Positions 19,990 to 31,182 of a stretch of 32,000 nucleotides of DNA are shown here, one piece after another. Origin of the DNA: Candidatus Fokinia solitaria. GTDB lineage: Bacteria > Pseudomonadota > Alphaproteobacteria > Rickettsiales > Midichloriaceae. Position 1 is the stretch's first letter. Each line of letters opens with the position of its first letter. The notes below the pieces were generated by a model that did no database searches, had not been told where the DNA came from, and was given only the letters and a program-made list of their open reading frames with translations. The stretch is taken from contig NZ_CP025989.1 in assembly GCF_003072485.1 (NCBI RefSeq), forward strand, positions 630,001-662,000. Direction: 5' to 3'. The translations under genes were made by a program, and so were the position numbers.

Positions 19990-20920
19990 GCATCTCATAA
20001 TCGTGGATTGTTATGCAATCTTCTTTAAATCGCTCTTCGCTCATCATAAAGATCCAGCTATAAACGGTATACATATAGGAGGAGTTATAGGCTTCATTAA
20101 CACCATGTTCAGGTTATTAGAATGTAATGGTGAACTTCTTGCAATGCATAAAAACAGCGAAATATACGTATGTATTGCACTGGATTATCAAACAAAAGGT
20201 GAGACATTCAGACACCACATATATCAAGAATATAAAGCAAATAGAAAACCATTACCGCAAGAATTCATTTCACAATTTCCGATACTTGAGGAAGTACTAG
20301 AATGCATGCAAATTCCAGTCATAAAGCATCCAAAAGTCGAAGCAGATGATATCATTGCCTCCGTAGTAACGAAATTTTATGACAAAGATAGCAGTACTCC
20401 AATTAACATCTCAATCATCTCTCAAGATAAGGATTTAATGCAACTCATAGCAGTACAAAATAATAGAAATACTATCATGTGGGATCCTTATAAACGGCAA
20501 ATAATCGATGAACAAGAAGTAATTGCAAAACTAGGAGTAAAACCTCATCAAGTGCCGTGCTTCTTAGCACTGCTTGGAGATAGTGCAGATAACATTCGAG
20601 GAGTACCAGGTATTGGAAAGAAACACGCTACTACACTATTAAGTAAGTTCGATTCGGTAAACGATATATGTCAAAATACTCATATGCTTTCTAACAGCAA
20701 AATCGCTTCGCAGATCAATGGCAATAAAGAGCAGATTGCGTTATTCAAAAAACTTACGACATTAAGCAGCGATATAGAAATCGTTATGCCATATGAAGAA
20801 ATGAAATGGAACGGATGGACGGATAGAAATGATAAGATGAATGAGTTGCTACTAAAGTATCAAATACAAAATGCTATCGGTACTAGGAAAAACTACACTC
20901 ATAATGCATTTAACATGTAA
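19982..20920 (+). CDS. Stand-alone 5'-3' exonuclease (PolA N-terminal domain-like)
   Basis: 312 aa; LIIVDCYAIFFKSLFA, TFRHHIYQEYKANRKPLP, VEADDIIASVV, ISQDKDLMQLI, ALLGDSADNIRGVPGIGKKHATTLL (HhH). No polymerase domain follows; 8-nt overlap with metG. Confidence 0.92.
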   Translation: MSKHLIIVDCYAIFFKSLFAHHKDPAINGIHIGGVIGFINTMFRLLECNGELLAMHKNSEIYVCIALDYQTKGETFRHHIYQEYKANRKPLPQEFISQFPILEEVLECMQIPVIKHPKVEADDIIASVVTKFYDKDSSTPINISIISQDKDLMQLIAVQNNRNTIMWDPYKRQIIDEQEVIAKLGVKPHQVPCFLALLGDSADNIRGVPGIGKKHATTLLSKFDSVNDICQNTHMLSNSKIASQINGNKEQIALFKKLTTLSSDIEIVMPYEEMKWNGWTDRNDKMNELLLKYQIQNAIGTRKNYTHNAFNM

Positions 20921-21076
20921 AAACAAAAAAAAATGCATCGTTACGGAGGGTATATTGCAACTTAACATATATCACTTTAGAGAACATTTGACGTAATTGC
21001 ATATTTAAAAAAAATACTATAACGATAGATATTGTAATCATTTTTAATGATTCAAATTTTTCAATAAAAAATATAT

Positions 21077-21961
21077 ATGTTAAATAAAACAGCAATTTCT
21101 AATAGTGTAATAGACAAGCATTACGCGCATCATACATGTAACAGCATAGAATCTGCAATAGCAAGACCATTGATAAATTCTATGATGAATTGTGCACCAT
21201 CATTCGAATATTTGCGTAATGTTCTAAGAGATAATGCAATCCACGTATCACCAACAACATATCGTTATATTATGCCTACGCGCGTGGGCGATTATTCTGA
21301 TATTATATATTTGCACGGCCTAGATGGGCCAAATAATATCGCCCAATCACTGTATCAATTAGCTCTAGACGTAATAACACTTCCTGTGACCGTTGGAGGT
21401 GCGAACACAGCTGAACAAATTGCAATAAATCGTTCTTATATCTGCTGTGCTTATGTCTTCTTCCGAACATTCGCTGAGGACTTAGACAAGAAAAATACAA
21501 ACATGGAGGAAAGGTTAATATGGGATGTACAGCCATTTCGAAGGGCTCTGTACGATGGAGAGAGAGATTGTCCATTTGAATATCAGGGCCGTTGGCTTTA
21601 TGCATTGGATGAGCAACATCACACATCATCAAACGCAGTAGTACAACATCAGACACAGCAGCAAATACAACATCAGACACAGCAGCAAATACAACATCAG
21701 ACATCATCAGATGAGGAATTTGACGATATTAATATTAATACACCCTATAACTTCAACGCGCATCAAGATGACAGTCAGGTAGTACAGCAATACGAGGATG
21801 GTGTGGATATTAATAAAATCTGCTACTTCAATACATATCAAAATGACAGTCAGGTAGTACAGCAATACGAGGATAGTGTGGATATTAATAAAATCTGCTA
21901 CTTCAATACATATCAAAATGACAGTCAGATAGTACAGCAATACGAAGATGATAGCTTATAA
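21077..21961 (+). CDS. Repeat-containing hypothetical protein, probable divergent paralog of the 2606-5030 family
   Basis: 294-aa ORF with two kinds of tandem repeats at the C-terminus; core ISPxxY..YM...DY.D.I and AYVFFR resembles paralogs A/B. Confidence 0.75.
   Translation: MLNKTAISNSVIDKHYAHHTCNSIESAIARPLINSMMNCAPSFEYLRNVLRDNAIHVSPTTYRYIMPTRVGDYSDIIYLHGLDGPNNIAQSLYQLALDVITLPVTVGGANTAEQIAINRSYICCAYVFFRTFAEDLDKKNTNMEERLIWDVQPFRRALYDGERDCPFEYQGRWLYALDEQHHTSSNAVVQHQTQQQIQHQTQQQIQHQTSSDEEFDDININTPYNFNAHQDDSQVVQQYEDGVDINKICYFNTYQNDSQVVQQYEDSVDINKICYFNTYQNDSQIVQQYEDDSL
21644..21708 (+). repeat. 24-bp tandem repeat (QHQTQQQI)
   Basis: caacatcagacacagcagcaaata at 21644 and 21668, with a partial third copy from 21692. 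Confidence 0.9.
21770..21960 (+). repeat. 75-bp tandem repeat (DSQ(V/I)VQQYED..DINKICYFNTYQN)
   Basis: gacagtcag... units start at 21770, 21845 and 21920 (period exactly 75 bp); third copy truncated at the stop codon. Confidence 0.93.
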
Positions 21962-22228
21962 AAATAAGCAAAGAATATTACAGAATCAGTCACAGTAAAC
22001 GGCTGACTCGTATATAGATTAAACGCATGTACTTTGAAGCACTGCACTATATATAATCTGCAATAATAGCATGCGGTACCTACTACATTATTTCTCTTAA
22101 AAGTGCTTTACCACATGGTAAAAAGTCACTCATCACATTTCAGTAGTGAGATAGTTGTTAATATAACAGTAGGTACAGCTAATCGGTACTAGCTATCCGG
22201 ACACTTTAAGCAATCGAAAAAAGTCAGT

Positions 22229-22335
22229 TACTCGAACAGTATTTCGTATAATGGAAGACACTTAGCTTCAAATCTTACAATATATATCATTTCCTCAGCG
22301 CAGGATTTCCACAAAAGAACAATCGCAAGTACTCA
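22229..22335 (+). pseudogene. Degenerate copy of the 3' part of the 22670-23002 ORF
   Basis: atcatttcctcagcgcaggatttccacaaaagaacaatcgcaagtactca matches attatttcctcagcacaggattttatcaaagaggacaatcacaaatactca with a 1-nt deletion and scattered substitutions. The left boundary is approximate. Confidence 0.6.
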
Positions 22336-22341
22336 AAGTAG

Positions 22342-22419
22342 TGGGGCGAATAACGGAACTCGAATCCGCGACCTTCGGTACCACAAACCGACGCTCTAAC
22401 CAACTGAGCTATATCCGCC
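22342..22419 (-). tRNA. tRNA-His (anticodon GTG), with encoded CCA
   Basis: Minus strand GGCGGATATAGCTCAGTTGGTTAGAGCGTCGGTTTGTGGTACCGAAGGTCGCGGATTCGAGTTCCGTTATTCGCCCCA; anticodon arm TCGGT-TTGTGGT-ACCGA; G-1:C73 pair; CCA occupies 22342-22344. Confidence 0.95.
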
Positions 22420-22669
22420 AACTTATAAAGGCGCAAGCATGCACCATACTTTGAAGCTTACAAAGCTTATAAAATAAAGTCTAATTCAATTTTCTGTTTT
22501 TCGAGTATATAGCATTCTTTCTATACAAAGACATTATATTGCGCCACTATATAATAATTCTTTTTAAGAAATAGTAATGCCAATATTTAATAATATTTAA
22601 TATAATAAATATATTCTCATGCTAAGATGATCGTATTGTTAATATTAGATAAAGTTGCTATATTTAATA

Positions 22670-23002
22670 ATGATTGAATATTTATTTTCTGATATGCAAC
22701 AAAAAACAAGAAAAACGTGGGGACTTGAAGTAGAAGCAGCTGCTATGTCTTTTAAAGAAGATGTGACGCCACAGTATCACAAGGTGCGCTGCTTAGCTAA
22801 AATGAGCAGAATGATGGATAGCCTCATGGCTACAATTCAAGTACCAAAACTGACCGAAGAGCAGAAGACGATACAATTCAATAAAATTAGAGTAAATTGC
22901 AATATTCCAAAAGTAGACGACTGCCTTGCTACGGTAGAAATTATTTCCTCAGCACAGGATTTTATCAAAGAGGACAATCACAAATACTCATTGCGAGCCT
23001 GA
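22670..23002 (+). CDS. Small hypothetical protein running into the 5S rRNA gene
   Basis: ORF track start 22655 is TTG; ATGs at 22670 and 22694. Product MQQKTRKTWGLEVEAAAMSF...KYSLRA; last codons overlap the 5S 3' end. Confidence 0.45.
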   Translation: MIEYLFSDMQQKTRKTWGLEVEAAAMSFKEDVTPQYHKVRCLAKMSRMMDSLMATIQVPKLTEEQKTIQFNKIRVNCNIPKVDDCLATVEIISSAQDFIKEDNHKYSLRA

Positions 23003-23112
23003 CAACGACCTACTCTCACACGTCTTAAGACGCAATACAATCGGCGAAAAGGCTTTTCACTTCTGAGTTCGGAATGGGATCAGGTGTTTCATCCTCTCTA
23101 TAATCATCAGGC
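22997..23112 (-). rRNA. rrf: 5S ribosomal RNA
   Basis: Terminal helix GCCTG...CAGGC; conserved minus-strand elements ending AGAGTAGGTCGTTGTCAGGC; position just downstream of 23S. Confidence 0.93.
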
Positions 23113-23254
23113 TTGCAATAAGTACCTTAGTCTACAGCATAAGCTTTATTGATATCAAATAACAACAAAAGCTTATACATCAAAGAGATAGCAATATAAA
23201 AAAGCAAAATTAATAAGAAGTAATTTTACCACTGCATACGCCATAATAGCAACA

Positions 23255-25969
<2,715 letters not shown>

Positions 25970-26190
25970 TGCTGGTATTATGCGTACACAGTAATAAAAT
26001 TACTCAACGATAATTTTGCTTGGTTATATTGCTAAACTACTTTGAAACGCACTCAGTGCAGTGGTAACTCTATAGAAACAACCATATGAATGTCAAACAT
26101 GATTTTACATTTTTTATTTCTACACTGGTAACTTGTAGAATATCAGTAAATTCTTTAGTATCTGCAATGCTAAATAATGGTTGAAATGGA

Positions 26191-27027
26191 ATGAAGATAC
26201 GTTTCTTTGACAGTGGATTAGGAGGATTGTCAGTACTCTCCTCATTCATAAAACAAGTGTATGAGTGCTATATAATGAGATATTGCGATATCTCGTACAT
26301 TGCAGATCTTGAATTTTTTCCGTACGGCACAAAGCACTGCACTGCTATAGCTGATCGTGTAAATGATATCATATATTCTGCTGAGCGACAATTTACGCAA
26401 TTATTCGTAATAGCATGCTATACGGCTTCCTTCTCTAAAATGACAGATAATACTATCACGAAAATGCAGATAGTAGATACATTATCAACTACAAAAAGAA
26501 TCTTAAAAAAGTATCAAGAACATAAAAAGCTCTTTATATGCACACAATTATCACATTCTATTAATCAGAATTTTTTAGAAGAGTTCGACAAAATATGCTC
26601 AATACCGATTACAAAGGAAGTAGTAGAATATATACATCAAAACGAATTGAAAAAAGCTGCACAAGAGATTTTTCAGCACTTACGTCAAGAATGTACTAAA
26701 TCAGAAAAAAATATTATTTTTCTAGGATGCACGCATTATGCAATCCTCATCAAGCAGCTGTACGAAATTTTCTCTAACAATGGCTATAATATCGCAATAA
26801 TCGATCCTTCTAGCGCAATAGCTGAAGACGTGGCAAGTTATGTGACTCCGTTTCACAATACTTCCATAACACGACATCCAATAAAAATCTCTTTCATCAC
26901 TCATGAAACATCTAAAGAGTATCAAGATGAGATAGTAGCAACATGTAGAAATATACTGCAAAATCATATACCGTTTTATGATGATATTTGTTCTACTTTC
27001 AAATTCACTTTTAATCCTAAGTTATGA
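26191..27027 (+). CDS. murI: Glutamate racemase
   Basis: [42 protein letters not shown]. Confidence 0.85.
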   Translation: MKIRFFDSGLGGLSVLSSFIKQVYECYIMRYCDISYIADLEFFPYGTKHCTAIADRVNDIIYSAERQFTQLFVIACYTASFSKMTDNTITKMQIVDTLSTTKRILKKYQEHKKLFICTQLSHSINQNFLEEFDKICSIPITKEVVEYIHQNELKKAAQEIFQHLRQECTKSEKNIIFLGCTHYAILIKQLYEIFSNNGYNIAIIDPSSAIAEDVASYVTPFHNTSITRHPIKISFITHETSKEYQDEIVATCRNILQNHIPFYDDICSTFKFTFNPKL

Positions 27028-28193
27028 GCGATAAAGAGACCGTCATTAATTTCGGCCCTCAACATCCTGGTGCACATGGTGTGTTGAATCTCGTAATCAA
27101 ATTAAGCGGTGAAACAGTAAAAGAAATAGAGCCGCAAATAGGCTTTCTTCATCGCGGTACAGAAAAGCTACTAGAGAACAAAACATATATGCAGGGCTTA
27201 CCGTATATGGATAGATTGGACTACGTCTCACCTCTTGCACAAGAACATTGTTTTTCAATGGCTATTGAAAAAATGCTTCAAATCTCAATACCGGAAAGAG
27301 CGAAATATATAAGAGTGCTATTACTGGAATTACAACGCATTGGCAATCATCTTCTCAGCATCACATCATTAGCACTAGATACTGGCGCTACGACTCCACT
27401 ACTATGGGCTTTCGAAGCAAGAGAAGAGTTAATGGAAATCTACGAAAAAATCTCAGGCAGTAGAATGCATTGTGCGTATATCAGAACAGGTGGAGTAAAT
27501 GGTGATTTAAGCAATGAGATGATGGATAAAATATCGTCATTTCTGCAAAGAATTCCTAAAGTACTCTCCGATATAGAATCACTACTGAATGATAATAGAA
27601 TCTTTAAGCAGAGATTAGTGAATATAGGTACTATATCGAAAAGTGATGCTTTGAATTTTGCTATCACCGGCCCTATGTTACGTGCTTCAGGCATACCCTG
27701 GGATCTGAGAAAATCACAACCATATGAAGTATATGATAAACTCGAATTCAGCATTCCTGTCGGAGAAAATGGCGACTGCTACGATAGATATATTGTAAGA
27801 GTATTGGAAATTAGAGAATCCATAAAAATAGCAACTCAGTGCGTGGAAAAAATGCCAAATGGTGCATACATCATCAATGATCATAAAATAACACCTCCTC
27901 CGAAAGCAGAACTTACTACATCAATGGAAGCTATCATTCATCATTTCAAACTTTTCAGCGAAGGATATACAGTACCTAAAGGAGAGACTTACACTGCTGT
28001 AGAAACACCAAAAGGAGAATTCGGACTATACATAGTATCAGACGGTTCAAATAAACCTTATAGGATACACATTAGAGCACCGGGATTTGCACATTTGCAG
28101 ATATTGAATAAAATGTCCGTCGGGCACATGCTTTCCGATGTGTCAAGTAATCTTGGCACGATAGATGCTGTATTTGGAGAGATAGATAGATAA
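27024..28193 (+). CDS. nuoD: NADH-quinone oxidoreductase subunit D
   Basis: [62 protein letters not shown]; 4-nt overlap with murI. Confidence 0.97.
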   Translation: MSDKETVINFGPQHPGAHGVLNLVIKLSGETVKEIEPQIGFLHRGTEKLLENKTYMQGLPYMDRLDYVSPLAQEHCFSMAIEKMLQISIPERAKYIRVLLLELQRIGNHLLSITSLALDTGATTPLLWAFEAREELMEIYEKISGSRMHCAYIRTGGVNGDLSNEMMDKISSFLQRIPKVLSDIESLLNDNRIFKQRLVNIGTISKSDALNFAITGPMLRASGIPWDLRKSQPYEVYDKLEFSIPVGENGDCYDRYIVRVLEIRESIKIATQCVEKMPNGAYIINDHKITPPPKAELTTSMEAIIHHFKLFSEGYTVPKGETYTAVETPKGEFGLYIVSDGSNKPYRIHIRAPGFAHLQILNKMSVGHMLSDVSSNLGTIDAVFGEIDR

Positions 28194-28194
28194 A

Positions 28195-30159
28195 ATGACT
28201 TCTCATCATTCAGAATTCGCCGCTACGCAATCTGCACATAAACAAAATTCGCTTATTCTGCATGAAGAGCAAATTACAGTCTCTACTACTACGGAAAGAC
28301 ACGTAATGGTGTTAGCGGGGCCAGGAACAGGAAAAACATCTGTAATAATAGCGCGTATACAATTTTTGGTACAATCGTACAATCCTCATGAGATCATGGT
28401 CTTGACGTTTAGCACGAGAGCAATGAGTGAACTAAAGCACAGATTGTATACCGCTGAACGCAAGCTTATGGAAAAAGTATGGATTGGTACTTTTCATGCA
28501 ATAGGCGTAAGAATACTCAAGAAACACGCTTCTACAATTGGATTATCTCATGAATTTAGAGTTATATCAGAAAAAGAAAGCATACATTACATAGAAGAAC
28601 TCTTAAGAAGAACTAAAAATAATGTAGGTATGGCATATAAAATATATGAGGATATACAACGTATAAAAGACAAATTATACAGCACCGAAGAGTTAGAATC
28701 TCAAGATACAAATGCAGAATTTCTTTTTATATATCAAGAATATCAGAACGTTCTGAAACTGAAAAATCTTGTAGATTTCGGAGATATCTTACTCTACGTG
28801 AAGCAGTTATTCATAGAAAATAAAGAGATCTTACAATTGCTACAAAAGCAATTTTCTCATGTCATAGTAGATGAGTATCAAGATATCAACTTCGCACAGT
28901 ACTATTTCATAATGACCTTGTTGCAAAAAGGTACGAATTCATTATTTTGCGTAGGAGATGACGATCAAACGATATATACTTGGAGAGGCGCAAACACTGA
29001 ACGTATCACAACATTCAAAGATAACTTTCCGCTATCTCAGACGTTATATCTATCGAATAATTATCGCTCCAACAACGATATAATTTATCATGCCTTCAAA
29101 CTGATATCTCATAATTCTGACAGATGCTGGAAAGAGATGCAGAAATCATCTATTGATGAAAGTGATGTCAAATTCTCTACCGGTACTACAATAAAATGCT
29201 ATGAATCTGATATCATAGAAGTATCGCATATTACTACTCAGATTACAGAATTATTACCATATGGTGGTAGCATTGCAATTCTTGTAAGAAATAACGAGCA
29301 CATCATACCTTTTGAATATTCGATGAGGTATAATGATATTCAGTACGTTATTGGAAATACGAGATCTTTTATAGAGAGAGAAGAAGTGCAACTCGCATTA
29401 AATATACTAAAATTGAGTATTGATCCTCACGCTGATCATAATTTAAAAGAGTTGCTATTATTAACTCATACTCTAAATATTACGCAGATAAACGCGCTTC
29501 TTAAAATTGCAGCGCAATCTAGTTGCTCACTGTATGAATTAGCATGTAACAAGTTACACTCAAGGACATCTTCTAAATTACAAGCAGTAAAGGAGATAAT
29601 AGACAACATCTCCAAGAATGCATCTCTTATAGAAGATGGAAAGATAAGTGATGCAATAAGCGATTCCATCAACAATATCGGATACGTAAAGACTATTACA
29701 AAGGGAAAATTTGAAAAATTGGAAGATCTTTACTCAGACTCTTTTACAGTGCTATCAGAACACGAAAATGAGAAAGCGCGAAATCTCATAAGTATTATAG
29801 AAATTGCAGCACAATATAAAAAAGCAACACCACTTATAGAAAGATTTTCACGAAATAACCACACCGACGCACAGAAGTCGCATGAAAAACACACTGTCTA
29901 CCTTAGTACGATACATAGTTCCAAAGGCATGGAGTTTGACATAGTATTTATTCCGTTTGTAGAAGAAGGTAACTTACCATACTGTAAAAATTACCAATCT
30001 GAAAATATAGAAGATGAGAGAAGGCTCTTATATGTAGGCATGACGCGAGCACGACATAAGTTATGTATGTCGCACTCGAAATGCAAGTTACGCAGTGGAA
30101 AACAAATTCACAACACTCCGTCAAGATTTATAGCAGAAGCCGAGTTAACAACTGAATGA
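28195..30159 (+). CDS. UvrD/PcrA-like superfamily 1 DNA helicase
   Basis: VLAGPGTGKTSVIIARIQFL (Walker A), VDEYQDINFAQYYF, GDDDQTIYTWRGAN, YLSTIHSSKGMEFDIVFIPFVEEG, RRLLYVGMTRA. Confidence 0.94.
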   Translation: MTSHHSEFAATQSAHKQNSLILHEEQITVSTTTERHVMVLAGPGTGKTSVIIARIQFLVQSYNPHEIMVLTFSTRAMSELKHRLYTAERKLMEKVWIGTFHAIGVRILKKHASTIGLSHEFRVISEKESIHYIEELLRRTKNNVGMAYKIYEDIQRIKDKLYSTEELESQDTNAEFLFIYQEYQNVLKLKNLVDFGDILLYVKQLFIENKEILQLLQKQFSHVIVDEYQDINFAQYYFIMTLLQKGTNSLFCVGDDDQTIYTWRGANTERITTFKDNFPLSQTLYLSNNYRSNNDIIYHAFKLISHNSDRCWKEMQKSSIDESDVKFSTGTTIKCYESDIIEVSHITTQITELLPYGGSIAILVRNNEHIIPFEYSMRYNDIQYVIGNTRSFIEREEVQLALNILKLSIDPHADHNLKELLLLTHTLNITQINALLKIAAQSSCSLYELACNKLHSRTSSKLQAVKEIIDNISKNASLIEDGKISDAISDSINNIGYVKTITKGKFEKLEDLYSDSFTVLSEHENEKARNLISIIEIAAQYKKATPLIERFSRNNHTDAQKSHEKHTVYLSTIHSSKGMEFDIVFIPFVEEGNLPYCKNYQSENIEDERRLLYVGMTRARHKLCMSHSKCKLRSGKQIHNTPSRFIAEAELTTE

Positions 30160-30286
30160 GTTACTGAATCGTCGGTAAATACCGTAACGAAGCCTTATGT
30201 CCAAGATACTATAAAATACGAAAAATTCAGCCGAATGTATCTTCAGTAACTCGCAAGACATTTCATTCAATTACTCAGGTAGATAT

Positions 30287-31048
30287 CTAATAACTACTCT
30301 CTGCATTCTCTCCTCCACCATGCACCGTTTTCACCATTTTATATCCGTATCCTCTAATGGTTTTGATATCAATACTACTAGCATGCTTGAGTATAGATGA
30401 ACGTAATCTCGTCATATGAACGTTCAATATCTTATCTTTATCATGCTGCATCTCCATAGTAGTACTATTCCAAAGCAGTGCTATAATTTTATCTCTCGAG
30501 ACAAGCTTCTCAGAATTCATCAACAGCAATTGACACAACTTAAACTCTATTGGCCCTAAAGTTATCTCGTGCACGGTACCATTTCCTTCCATCGTACACG
30601 CATGTCTTCTAAGATCTAATGTCAATTCCATAAACTTCAGCACATCAGAATCCTCTATTGCACTTCTTTTTAATAGATTCTTCACTCTTAATACAAGCTC
30701 TTCTATAATAAAAGGCTTCTCAAGATAATCGTCTGCACCCTTTTTCAAGCCTGTAATTTTATGCTGCCCTTTACTATGACTAGAGATCATTATAATTCTT
30801 AGATCCTTCAGATCTGGAATACCGCGCAACTCCTCGCATATTTCTATACCGGATTTTTCTGGCAGCACCCAATCTAAGATGATCAAATCCGGCCTTTTTT
30901 CTTCAACAATCTTCGTACAATTTTCGCCTGTTGAAACTGATATAACGAGATATCCTTCCGAGATCAAGCTATACTCCATAAGAGATAACATAGCAGAATC
31001 ATCCTCTACTATCATAATCTTCTTTTGAATTGTTTTTTCCTTTTTCAT
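30287..31048 (-). CDS. PhoB/OmpR-family response regulator
   Basis: Receiver: MIVEDDSAML, LIILDWVLPEKSG, KGADDYLEKPF; winged-helix DNA-binding C-terminus: LGPIEFKL-type and HMTRLRS...IKTIRGYGYKM. No histidine kinase adjacent. Confidence 0.92.
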   Translation of the reverse strand: MKKEKTIQKKIMIVEDDSAMLSLMEYSLISEGYLVISVSTGENCTKIVEEKRPDLIILDWVLPEKSGIEICEELRGIPDLKDLRIIMISSHSKGQHKITGLKKGADDYLEKPFIIEELVLRVKNLLKRSAIEDSDVLKFMELTLDLRRHACTMEGNGTVHEITLGPIEFKLCQLLLMNSEKLVSRDKIIALLWNSTTMEMQHDKDKILNVHMTRLRSSILKHASSIDIKTIRGYGYKMVKTVHGGGENAESSY

Positions 31049-31182
31049 TATGAGTAAAAAATTTTTAACGTGTTTTATCTAAAACAATATGCAATTGCAT
31101 TTCTCTGTGATAAAAGCATAACGAATAGCTTCTACAACTTTTATAATACTTTTTCAATCAATATATTAAGTAAAATCACAAT

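Noticed and set aside
21303-21940. Minus-strand ORFs of 134 and 77 aa with their own internal repeats (DVVFAAVS..., YYLTVILICIEVADFINIHTILVLL)
   Set aside because: Their repeats are the antisense reading of the 24-bp and 75-bp arrays of the plus-strand gene; no independent support.
21644-21960. CRISPR-like array
   Set aside because: Tandem units are directly contiguous and coding; no spacer/repeat alternation.
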